Assembly (NCBI GenBank): GCA_021613535.1
Contig: CP075493.1
Location: 7,254,001 to 7,318,000 of the forward strand
Direction of reading: 5' to 3'
Length of the DNA stretch: 64,000 nt
Origin: Adineta vaga
Lineage: Eukaryota > Animalia > Rotifera
Every line of letters starts with the position of its first letter. Positions within the stretch are counted from its first letter, which is position 1. Position numbers and translations under genes: made by a program. The notes beneath the pieces are model-generated. The model searched no databases. It saw only the letters and a list, made by a program, of their open reading frames with translations, and had not been told where the DNA came from. Below, piece after piece: positions 23,963-36,900 of this stretch.

Positions 23963-26900
23963 ATGCGTTTATATTATGATTTATGTTTGTTAATATTTCT
24001 TTTTGCAAATGTCTATACCAATGTTAAATCAACTAGTGCGAAAGATTGGCTAATTGAATTTCATCATCAAACGGAACCTGAAGTAGCCAAAAGTATCGCT
24101 AAACGATATGCGATGATTTCTCGAGGACCGGTAATGATTTTAATTATCAAGATGACATGAATATTTATTGAAATCTAGATATTAAATGATAAACATTTGT
24201 ATCATTTTGTTGATCTTAAACCAACACATCCACATACACGAAAAAAACGAGATGTTGTACAAGAAGAATTTATTCAAAGACATAGACTTGTAATTATTCT
24301 ATGAAGAGAATTGCTTTACATAAGTTGATTGATTGGTTCATAGGTTAAACGAGCTATTCATCAAATTCCTCATATTCGTGCCAAACGTGGTTATGTTTCA
24401 CCCAATCGATTAGAAACAACAGGTTCTGACTATCAACAACCAAACGATCCTTATTTTCAATATCAATGGTACCTGGTAAGATAATTAGTTAATATTCTAG
24501 ATTTTTCTTTTTATGTCGAAGGATATTTTAAACAATTAGAAAAATGTTGGACAAGCTGGTGGTAAACCTCGACTTGATCTGAATGTTGAAGAAGCTTGGG
24601 CACTTGGATATACTGGTAAAAATATTACAACTGCTATTATGGATGATGGTGTTGATTATACACATCCTGATCTCATGCATAATTATGTATATAAATTAAT
24701 CATGATAGAAATCATTGTATTTTTTAATAATATACGTATTTTAGAATGCAGAAGCTAGTTATGATTTTAGTAGTAACGATCGATATCCGTATCCACGTTA
24801 TACAGATGATTGGTTTAATAGGTAGGAAAATATGTGAGAAAGAATTCATTCGTTGAAAGAATAGTATATGGACTCTAGTCATGGAACACGTTGTGCTGGT
24901 GAAATAGCAGCTGCACGAGACAATAATATCTGTGGTGTAGGCGTTGCTTATGATTCCAAGATAGCTGGTATATGCTTTTAGAATTATATGATACATTATA
25001 AAATTTATTTCACTAGGTATTCGAATGCTTGATCAACCTTATATGACAGGTATCGAGAGTTATTAACAGAATAGAGAAATAGAAATCTAGGATGATTTAA
25101 TGTAGATCTAATTGAAGCAAATTCAATGGGACATGAACCAAATTTAATTGATATTTATTCAGCATCATGGGGTTTGTGTATTCTTTGTATATACTTTCAT
25201 TTTGTTATGATCTATTGTGTTTAAAGGACCTGTGGATGATGGTAAAACAGTTGATGGACCACGACATGCGACAATGAAAGCTATTGTGAAAGGCATTAAT
25301 GAAGTATGTACTGATATTTGAAATCTTCTATGTTTAAAAATTTTGTGTTCTTTTTTTTTCTAGGGTCGTCACGGTCTTGGTATAGAATTTTCTTGCATCT
25401 TGAGGAATGTACGTTTTTTATTGTTTCTTTTTTGCCTTTCAAGGTTCAATCTATGTCTGGGCAAGTGGAGATGGTGGCATCAATGATGATTGTAATTGTG
25501 ATGGTTATGCTGCATCAATGTGGACAATTTCAATTAATTCTGCAATTAATGATGGTCGTACAGCTCTCTATGATGAATCATGTTCATCAACACTTGCTTC
25601 AACATTTAGTAATGGACGTAGTATTGATCCTCAATCAGGTATATATATTAGTTTTTTCTCTCGCTTTCAACGATTATTGTTACGCATTCCATTGAGCATA
25701 AGTAGATCAAGATGTTTCTTTCTCTAAAATAAAACCATAATCATGATTTCGTGTATTTGATTGCATGCCTTAAAAGATCTAAACTTCTATCTATTGTAAA
25801 ATATTAATAGGATATTGGTTCGATTCTTTTTTTTCTGTAGGAGTTGCAACAACAGATCTTTATGGTCAATGTACTTTAAAACATTCTGGTACTTCAGCAG
25901 CAGCTCCAGAAGCAGCCGGTGTATTTGCACTTGTTTTAGAAGCAAAGTATGAAATAAAACAGAAACGGAAAAGACTGTTTATATTATCTTTCTAATTTCT
26001 AGTCGTCAATTAACATGGCGTGATGTTCAACATTTAACAGTTTTAACAGCAAAACGTAATCAACTTTTTGATCCATCAAAACAACATTTATGGCATATTA
26101 ATGGTGCTGGATTAGAATTTAATCATTTATTTGGTTTTGGTGTTCTTGATGGTTTGTTTCTACTTTAATAAAGAATTTATTTATTGAATATTTTCTTAAA
26201 TATTTAGCTGGTGATATGGTTCAACATGCAAAAGAATGGAAATCATTGCCAACTCGTTTCCATTGTGCAGCTGGTAATATAACTGGAAAACAGTAAATAA
26301 TTGAAATCAAATAAAAAATATTTTGTACGAAATATTTTGTTTTTTTATTAGAAGAATTCCTGAAAAAGCTACCTTGAAATTAACGATCAATACCGATGCA
26401 TGTAAAAACACTAACAATGAAGTTAATTTTCTCGAACATGTGCAAGCATTTGTTACACTCAAAAGTAGTCGACGAGGCAATACAATTATCTTCCTTACAT
26501 CACCATCTGGTACAAGGTAAATAGAAAAACAGAACATTTTAATTACGAAATATTTAAGACGAGAGTCATACGATGTTTCTTGTTGAAAAAGAACACGAGT
26601 CATGTTACAATTGAAGATCAACGTGATTAATAGATACAAGTTAAAAGCATAAGAATCTATCTAGATTGAAACTAAATTAAATGCTTTCCTTTGATTTCTT
26701 ATGAAGCTAATAACTCACACATGTTAGAGGACTACATTTTTTTCTTCGTAAGTTATCACATCGAGGAAATGCTTTTCTGATGACTAGATAGATATTAGAA
26801 TCTTTACAAAAGTTTACAACTCTTAGAAAGTTTTAAATGATAATCAAGGACATTGAAGGAAAATTAAAGACTATACACAAAATGTCCTCTTTTTCTATCT

Positions 26901-27329
26901 AGATCATTAATTTTAAGTCGTCGTCCATTAGATGATGATTCAACAAAAGGTTTCTATAAATGGCCATTTATGACTACACATGCATGGGCTGAACGAGCAC
27001 AAGGTATATGGACACTTGAAATCCGTTTTGATAATGATGATTATGCTAGTGCACCCTTAACTACTCAACAAAATCAAACATTATCAGACAAAAATGAAAG
27101 TCAAAAACCGACTACGGGTGATTTTTTTGAATGGTCATTAGTATTACATGGAACGAGAATAGCACCTTATAAAAATCAAACACCATTGAAACATCATGGT
27201 GATAAAAGTAAATTATATATAACAAAAGAAATTCATGAAAATAATTTTCAAGACAAAGCTAAATATATTAAATTATTACAACAAGACAATCAAAAACGGT
27301 TAGGAAGTGATGATGAAATATTGATGTAG
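23963..27329 (+). CDS. PCSK2: Neuroendocrine/prohormone convertase 2
   Basis: Signal peptide, prodomain ending [27 protein letters not shown] (Asp in the oxyanion hole is PC2-diagnostic), [14 protein letters not shown] domain ([17 protein letters not shown]); many short introns. Confidence 0.96.
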
Positions 27330-27926
27330 ACATTTCAATTAGAACAAACAAACAAACAGAAATCAAAGTCATTGTTCAACAAGACAAACATATAAACATA
27401 GTTATTTTTTTTGTTTTTCTTCTGAGCATAAAATTATAATGATCATGAATTAAAATAAAGAATGACGACAATTACCGAAGATTTCACAAATAATGCAAAT
27501 CTATGAATAATTATGAATGATTTCCTTTGCTTTTACATCAAATATCTCGTGCAGACACGCTTTTTAAATCTATTATTGTTCGTTTTGTCACAGAAAGAAT
27601 CAGAGAGTGTGTTTAGTAAAGCAAAAAGTAGAAAATTTCAGTTAAAAAGACTTTGGTGAATCGACAACGATTGAACGCTTTTACATGAAACGGTTCACAA
27701 GCGTTTCAATTCACTCCATTTAATCAGATCTGAGTTTTCTTTATTGATTCGAAGATTCAAAAAAGACAAAATTACTATACAACTACAGAAGATCAATTCT
27801 GTTTTGTTTTAGAACACATAAGAAAACATGTACATAAAGTAAAGAGAAAAGAAAAGAAAAGAAAAACGATAAGTATGCATCTGATCAAATCATGACTAGT
27901 TATATAGATGAAATATACAATTGATT

Positions 27927-30900
27927 TCATTTTCGTTTCTTATTCAATAAACGATAGGGAGGCGTCAATTGATGACGTCGTTCAAATTCTCTTGCACGTT
28001 CTTTCCATCGTCGTATTGGAGTATTTTGTAAACGTTTTACTGAACGAGTTACTTCACCGGTACCACTTGACGATGAAACGATTTTCTTCGATTGTCGTAA
28101 TGCTTGTTCAATCAGATTTTGTTCAGGTGTATTCATCATGGTTAATGATGATAATGTAGAAAGAATCGGAGATGCTGGTTTCATTGATAAATTCATTTTC
28201 TGTTGTGGAAATAAGAATTCATTAGCCAAAGATCGATTTTGTATATTCTCCGATGAACGTTGTTCAAAAGCTCGTACTTGTCGTAAAACTCGTCCAGCTA
28301 ATTCACCTTTCAATTGTAGAATACTTTCTCGTCCACCATTAAGTAAACCAATATTCTAAATCAATTCGAAGATTTTCTTTTGTTTAAAAGAGAATAAATT
28401 TCTTCATTAAAGAATATTTACTTCATCATTTTCTCCATGAGTTTTTGAATGAAATAATTCATTCGTTGCTTGTGATAATGAACATGATAATGAACGTTCT
28501 TTACAGACTGATGTTAATGAACTTGTTGATATTAAATTTGAAATTGAAGATGATAAACGTACTGGCATTTTAGGTGTTGTAGATTTAAGTTCATCTTTTT
28601 TAGTTGCTGTAATTGGTGGTGTTGTGCGATTCATTGATATACTAAAATTGACATGTTCTTCATCCTGAAAAATTCGAAAAAGATAAAACATATTTCAATA
28701 GATTACATCAAAAGATGATATTTACATCTGAATCAGTTAATCGAATACCACGATTTTCATTTCGTTTTAAAATTTCATCAAGATCATTTGAAGGAAGAAT
28801 GTCTTGCATTTCGATCGATTGTTGCTCAGCATTCACCACAATTGTTTGTGAAAGTGTATCATTATCTGTAGTTGCTGTATCCATCGCCATAGAACGATCA
28901 CGTTGTTCAACTTCAGTTAACATTTTTTGTCGTTCTAAATCTGTTTCATCAATAAATGCAACATCAAGTGAATTATTTTCTTGGGTATTAATTGGTTCAT
29001 TTGAAAATGCACGTAATGATTGAATATCTTCATTTCCAACAACGACAGCAAGATTAAGTTCATTGGAAACATTTTCATCTTCATCATAGGATTCTTGAGT
29101 TAAATCAAGATTACTTGGCATTGATTGAGTATTTCGTGTATCTTGTTCTTGTTCATGATCATCATCATCACTGGCATTTTGTTGTTGATTCGATGGTAAC
29201 GAATGAGAATAATTATTTAACATGCAAACAACATGACGTGTTTGCTGTTGTCCACCACTTGATGATATCGAACGACGTGGTCGATATGCTGTCGTAGAAA
29301 GTGATGTACTAACAACGTCGTCGGAATGACGACGAGGAACACCGAAACTAGAATGCATCAGGAGTGAAGATCCTGCCACTTGTTGACAAGAGGATTGATT
29401 AGATCCATGAGCTGGTTTAATAGGTGATGGAGGAGATTCAGCTAGAGATGATGAACCAACTGTTGAAGTCAATAGCATAGGAGCATGTATGGCGACAAGA
29501 GGTTTGCGTTCAGCTTTCTACAAAAAACAAATATTGAATTCTAGATATAGGTAAGATCATTAACGTTAAAAAGATAAATAAATCTCACGTATTAAAAAAA
29601 TGATTATCAGAATTAGTAAAAAATCCTTACCCGACTTGATTTTGGCCATTTCCATGAATCTAATAGATTGAGTCTAAATGAAGAATAAATATATTCCATT
29701 TCATTTCTTTTTTCATTTAAATGTCATACTTTTTTGCATCTAATGATTTATTAATACATGGAGAAGGTGCTACATTTGATGATAATGATGATTGAGTTTC
29801 CGATGGTATCATTGCTGATGGTTGTAGAGCACCAAGAACAATTGAACCATTATTTGCAATCGATGCAGCTAATGTAGTCATTGATCCACTTGGTGTTGTA
29901 GTAGAGGATGAAGATGAAGAGGATGAAACTGACGAAGCTGTATTGGCAACAGCATTGGTAAAACGTAATGGTACTTCATCAGTAAAATGAAGTAATTGTG
30001 GTAAATGAGAATGTTCAATTTTAAAAGGGAAACCTAATAGAAATGTACTTTGCAATGAATGAAAAAAATAAAATAAACATACCAGGATCATTACTACTAC
30101 CAGGTGTTTTCTTCTTTCGACGAAAAGCTGTAATTGGACTAGTAAAACGATTTGTATCTGGCAAAGATGACTTTTCTGATGTTGTTTTTGTTTTTCTAGT
30201 ATAACAAAACAAAAAGAATGAAAAAGTATAGATCATTTATATTCTTTTGTGTAACTTCTATTCATATACCCTCGTTTTGAATTGCCACCATTTGGATCAT
30301 CACTTGATTTACGTTTTGTAGTTGTTGTTGTTGTTGAATGTGATGATGATGATAAACAATGTCCACTAGTACTATTTTGTTGATAATGATAACGATGTTC
30401 TCGTGTATGAGAAGACGATAATTTGCCACTTTGATCAAGAAAAACATGTGTTTGATCACGACTATCATTATTTGAACCAGATCGACGACGAAGTCGATTA
30501 GTCATATGAACGAGAAATTCTAGAAATTCAAACAGACAAACTTTCCTACATATATTTATAAATCTAAGATTATTCAAACCTTTCACAGAACCACTACGTC
30601 GTTTTTTTGCATTAGCTGGATCATTTATTTTACCACCACCAATTCCATTTTCTATTCCATTCTCAATTGCAAAACTTTCATCCGTATTTTGTATTGCTTC
30701 TTTTTGTCTCATTTCTAATAGCATTTGTGAACGTTCATAAACTGAATCGGCAACATAACCTAATTTAGTTGCATTGATTATTAATGCTTCAACAATATCA
30801 CTGACGCTGGTTGCACATTGTTCGGTCATAAGATTTGCTTTACCTTCAACTGCTGTACGCATAATTCCAGGACCAACACAAATTGCTAAATTCTTTGCAT

Positions 30901-31593
30901 TCATTTTATTATCTCGTTCGTTGAGCGTAATTTCATGTAAAAATCGTAAGATATAAATAAGTGCATGTAAGTGTTCATCGGGTAAAAGTAGAAGAATATT
31001 AAGATAGATATCAACTTTTCTATCTGATGATAATGATCGCATAGAAAAACAATCAAGTAAAAGATCTTGTAATGGATATGTTATTAAAGGATATGTAAGA
31101 CGACGGAGAAATTCTTTAAATAATGAACAAATATCAAAGACTGTATTGGATGGAGATAAAGTGGGAGTTAATGGACCATCTTCAATTCGAATCTAACAAA
31201 AAAAAAAGAAATCTTTTAAAATCAATCGACAAAAAAATAATATACCATTAATTCTTTAATACGTTGAGATCCACCCGATTTTCGAAAGAGACCTTCATGT
31301 TTAATTGAACGACGTATACAATCAAAACACCAACGTAAAAAGATCGGTACTGTTAAATCAAGATTATCGACTTTAACTGAGATGGCATCCATTTGATGAA
31401 GAGGTACATTAAACACACGTGAACCATGTGTTTGTGATTGTTGTTTAGGATTATTAGTGATAGGAGGTGATGGTTGATTGTTTATATTATTACGATGTTT
31501 ATTTGTATCGATGCGTAGACCAGCATTACTTAGATCATTAGCAATAAATTCTCGAACACTACCTTTTTCTTCAAGTGCAGTAAAATTACGCAT
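27927..31593 (-). CDS. Rho GTPase-activating protein, ARHGAP11-like
   Basis: N-terminal RhoGAP domain VFNVPL...VPIFL...EGLFRKSG (arginine finger), DICSLFKEFLRRL, NKMNAKNLAICVGPGIM, then a long S/T-rich tail over several exons. Confidence 0.88.
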
Positions 31594-32688
31594 GTTAATT
31601 CGTTTGCTTGTTCAAAGTTCAAGAGAAAGATGTGAACAGATGGACAAAACGTTCTAACATATCTATAATAAATATAGATGTTGATATAATGAAAGAATAT
31701 TAATTTAGAAAAAAAAATATAGAATTATCTCTAGTGAAAGAACGAATTTTCAATATAAGAATCAAACAGAAATATACGAGACAGAGAATTACACATATAT
31801 CCAATAAATTTTGCCGGTGAAATGGATGAAACAGCCAATGTAGTATTTCGTGCTGACCTCTGTTGACAATACAATCATTTGCGTATATTAGCACACCGGC
31901 GAATATCAGTCAATTCTTATGTTGGTGTTTTGTTGCAGACTTTTTCTGTTACTCACAAATCGCTGTTCCTATGAATATACATAAACGATTGAATCCTGAA
32001 TTGCAAATATATGCATAGATAAGTCGTATAATTCTCTGAGATTACTCAATCTTAAAGTCAAAACAAATGTATTTTTATTCAGACAGCATCTCTTTGACAT
32101 AATAATACTGATGATTATTATATGTTGATCTTATCTTGAGCTTTAATTTGATTATTTTTCTTCGCATTATCGATCGAAACATTTAGACAATAGATTTTAA
32201 CCGACGGATATGGTGAATAATAGAATTTTAACGATAGTCATATACGAAGGACTGTTTATCACTTAACATATTGGGCTTATGTTTCACAGAGAGAATCAAT
32301 AAGAAGTTTGATGGAAGGCTTAAGAAAAAAACATAGATATATAAAGACATTGTCTATGGTACGATGTTTTCATCGCATCGCATTCTGCTATTTCCATCAA
32401 ACATACTAGCATCCACAACAATCATGATAATCTAGCAAAGCATCAGCATTTTATGAGATGATTATAGACATATATGTACAAAGAACGATGATTTTGCGAT
32501 CTTTTTTTCGACAGAACGATAAAGAAAAAGCCCTTTTCTTCTTGTCGTATTAATCGGAAAAGAAGAAATAGAAAAGCGAATAGAAAATATACCACCCAAA
32601 GACATTCCCAATATATTACGAAAGAAGAGAAAATCTATCGTTTAGTATACTGAGATATTACTCTAGTCTGACTGGCGCCAAACTATCA

Positions 32689-33190
32689 ATGGATTATACA
32701 CTGTTTCCAACTATACCTGTCTTCTTAGAACGATCAAGCTTAGATCAAAGTTGGGGTTTTCGTCTTCAAGGTGGTATAGATTACAGATTGCCATTATCAA
32801 TTAAAAAAGTTTGTATAGATCATTTTTATTCCAAAAAAAATATTTATCTACATATTATATACAGGTAACTTCTAATTCACCTTCACATAATAAAGTTTTT
32901 CCGGGTGATGGTATTGCTACTATCGATGGACAAGATACAAGTTCAATGAAACATGAAGATGCTGAAAATATTATGCGAAATTCATTACGTTTACAACTTG
33001 TTCTTCGACGGTAAGAATCTTCTTTCCAATAAATCATGTGACTAAACAAAATATTTTTCCTTTTTCTAGTGGTCAATTAAATACAATTCGTCCATCAAAA
33101 CCAAATGTTAAATTTGGTTCTGGACCATCTGTACCTGTTAATTCGGCATTAAATAATACAACAACAGCAAATAATTATCGTCGTTTTTAA
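32689..33190 (+). CDS. PDZ-only protein, ALP/Enigma (PDLIM/Zasp)-type PDZ, 128 aa
   Basis: Exons 32689-32808, 32865-33010, 33070-33190 total 387 nt; WGFRLQGGIDY.LPLSIKKV..NSPS...PGD.I..IDG...MKHEDA is the PDLIM-family PDZ signature. Confidence 0.88.
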
Positions 33191-33400
33191 TCGATGGAGA
33201 ACAAAACAACATCTTCATATACAATCCTCTTTCTCTCTCATAAGTTTATTTTTTTCTCTTTTGATGAAATGAAAAAAAGAAGACAAAGAAAAACACAAGT
33301 AGAGACACCAAACGAAAGAACATTTGTGTTATCTCACGGGATCAGCACGTTCTCTCCCTTTCTTTCTTAGGTAGAATCAATGGAAAAACAAACATGACAT

Positions 33401-33423
33401 ACACACACACACACACACACACA
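33401..33423. repeat. (AC)n microsatellite
   Basis: About 11 AC units between the convergent PDZ and BET genes. Confidence 0.9.
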
Positions 33424-33973
33424 TACGCACGCACACTCAAGCAAAAACTTATACAATGTGTCACAAGTAAAGAAAAGAAAAGAAAACAGGAAAAAAAAGG
33501 AAAAGAAAATCATATATATGAACATATGATAGAGAAGAAAGAACGGAGAAGCAAAAGAAAAACCAAAGGAAAAGAGATGAGTAGCATTACACATACACAA
33601 ACGATCGACTGTCAACACAACGAGGATATTGGTTTTGTTTCAAATGTATTCAACAAGTCAAATGTTTTTTGTTTTTGCTAAGTTTATGGACAAGAATTTT
33701 GAGTGTGTATTTGGAGGGAAATAGAGGTTTTTTCGCAAAATAAAATGGCACTCTTTCTCTTGTTTTTAGTTATTTCACTCGAAAAAAACTAACCTTAAAT
33801 CCAACATATATACGTTTTATATAGCTATATATATATATATGTATGTATATACGAACAAAACAAACATGCACACAAAGACAATGATCTATACATATGAAAA
33901 CAACAACAATAACGAAAAAGAAATTGACGAGTGAGATTACAAGAGAAAAGAGGATGCAAATACTGGATGATTA

Positions 33974-36900
33974 TCACTTCATAAATGAAAAATCAACATC
34001 ATTATGACGATTAAATGGTAATGATTGATTGAGTGCTTGACACTAGAATGAAAGATGATTTAGATTCATAGTTTTACTATTGAAAATATCTTACTTCTCG
34101 ACGTCTACGATCTTCTTCACGTCGTCGAGCAATTTCTTGTTTTTGTCGTTGTTTATCGTCCATAGCTGTTTCTTGTGATGGATTTAAGGATGATGTTGAT
34201 AGAGAATTATGTAGGTTTGATGGAGGTGATGGAGATGTATCAGATAGAGTTGCTCCGGAACTTTGATTTGTTGAATTACGATATGTTGCATCGTTTGAAT
34301 GATTACCATTAGTTTCTCTGTAAAAGATAATAAATAGATTGAATAAGTACGTTTTTTTTCATAACAATCAGAATTAATATTTGTCTTTCATTGATTGACT
34401 TTTACGCAAAAGTTAAAGTCTTCTCATATTTCAATAATGCTCAAATTTCTTTTCATAAATACATACTTTTTAGAAACTAATCGTGCTTGTTTTGCTTCAT
34501 CTTCGCGTTTTTTAGCTTCTTGTTCTTTGTACAATTTTTCCTAGGAAAATTCATGAAAATAGACACAAACAAAATCTATTGATATTTGCTTACTTGTTCA
34601 GCTTTTAATTTCGCTTGTTTTTGATATTGCATAAAACGATCTTGTGCTACTTTCTCATCAGGTTTGACTGTTGATGATGGTACTGATGTACTAGCAGCTA
34701 CAGCTGCGAACGATAATAAATTATCTTTTTTCTTTAATGCACTTCCACTTGTTAACTTCGATAGATTTGAATCCTTCAAGACAAAGATGAAATACTATGG
34801 AGAAAATTCTACAAAGTTCGTTTCTTACTCGTTTCAAAGGATCACTTTCACCAGTTGATTTGGACATTGGAGAAGTTCGTGATTGTGAATCATTCGAAAG
34901 ATCCTCATCATCCGCACCCAAATGAAAACTTGCTTGTCGTTCACTTGATTCATTCACTATTGAAGATACAAGAATAAGTTCAATTATCAACCAATATTCA
35001 ATAACACTTACTTGTATTGCCACTATCAATTCTACTTGCACCTAGTTCATCTTTAATAGAATGATAAATATGATTAATAAATTTATTTTTTATTTTCAAT
35101 TATATTCACCTCTTCTCTTTGTGAAACTATCCAGAGAAGTGTCAGCATTCGTCGGTTTCTATTACGAAAAAGAACATTTATTGATTGAATTACAAAAGAT
35201 TAAGTTTTGCTATTATTGCATGTCAATTCATCGTATCAATCGACTTCTTTAACTTTCAACTTTCTTAATACAATATAGATCTCTTGTTAGTATCTATCAG
35301 CTGTCTTAGACAGTGAGTAGATATGATGAAAGAAATTGTAAGATTTTTATTGATCCATACTTTATTTTCTTGTAGAGAGAAGATCATTTTCAAAAATAGA
35401 AATACGTTTTTATAGTATCTAATTTGATCAATAAATCGTATTGTTCCTGTCATATTCTTAGTCAAAAAATATAGATTGCTATTATTTCGGGAACACTTGA
35501 CCATCAAGTGAACTATTGTATAATAAATCATTAGTAATCTAAATAAATAGCTCCTACTAACCTGATCTTTTGTTCTTGACGATAGAGCAGCAGCATTACC
35601 ATTAGCAGCTGATTTGATTTCGTCGGTTCCTAAATAAATCAGTTGATTTTTTTTTTCTGTTATTCTCTAATATATCAAATACTGCTGTTGACTATTTAGA
35701 ATTGCTGATCGCATAGACAGATCCTTTTTGAGTATGAAACGCATATCGTCATATCATTCGTTATTTTCTTTTTCAATCATATTTATTCTTTTGTTCGACT
35801 GCATTTCGGTTTTATCGAGATATAGAACAGTTAATATGCGCGGTGTATCTAAGAGGCGACATGTAAAAACAAAAACAACGAAACAAACTATTGGGAATAC
35901 ACAATACTGATTTGCATGCGTATATTCAGACTCAATTTGTCGAATATCGACAATGATACGAATGTTTTTGTTCGAATTTATCGAAGGGATATGTACAAAA
36001 GCTCAAAATATGTCAATGATCTCAATGATACATGGAGAAGAAGAAGAAGGAAGATACCACTGTATATAAAAACAAAGAAAACAAAAAAGAAGATTATTGT
36101 ACATCGAATAAATGAACACATAATGAAGGAAAACAATCAAATTAATCATTCTTAATACGAGATTTTCTCGAGGAAGACGAAAGAGAAATAGTTGCTTGTG
36201 TTCAAAAAACCAAAAGAAAGAAGAACTAAAGGTAATTGGAATAATATCTTTCTAAACTACATTTGTCATTGAAAATAAGCGCAATAAAATGTACATATAT
36301 GTTTATATGTATATATGACTATAAATATGAAGCGAGAAAAAAGATTCATAGAGAAGCAGAAGAATTATGTGAGAAAAAGAGTGTTTTCTTTTTTGATTGT
36401 TGCTTTGTGTCTTTTTTTATCATTTCTCGAAAAGGATCTGTCGAACAGCAGTAGCAGACTATTTCTCTTTTCATCCTCACCTCCCGTGAGAGACTGGATA
36501 AAACAAAAACAAGAGGAAAAACAAAAATGATGAGACATAGATGAATAAAAACAGCAAAAATCTATTTATATATATATATATATATATATTTGGTTAATCT
36601 AACCTGACTCGGAGTCAGTATCGTCTCCATTGCGTGATGAATCAGAATCGCTTTCGGATGCTGAACTTTCACTTAAACGTTTTGATGATATGGGAGCAGC
36701 AGTTCCTGTTGATGAATGATGACTTAAAGGAACGTTGGATAGACCAGCTGTAGCACCGGTTATTGAATTGAAATTCGAAGAATCTAAGAGAAAGAAAACA
36801 GAATATTACATTAAATGAAAATTTGCATCGCTATATTAACAAACCTCGTTTAGGCAATGAATTAGCTGATGACTGTTTAGTTTTAGTGCCTAATTGTGTT

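Noticed and set aside
28138-30956. Plus-strand ORFs overlapping the RhoGAP (and similar antisense ORFs over other genes)
   Set aside because: Shadow ORFs of real coding exons on the opposite strand or in alternate frames.
33367-33681. ORFs with THTHTH / CVCVCV runs
   Set aside because: Produced by the (AC)n microsatellite and purine-rich 3'UTR sequence.
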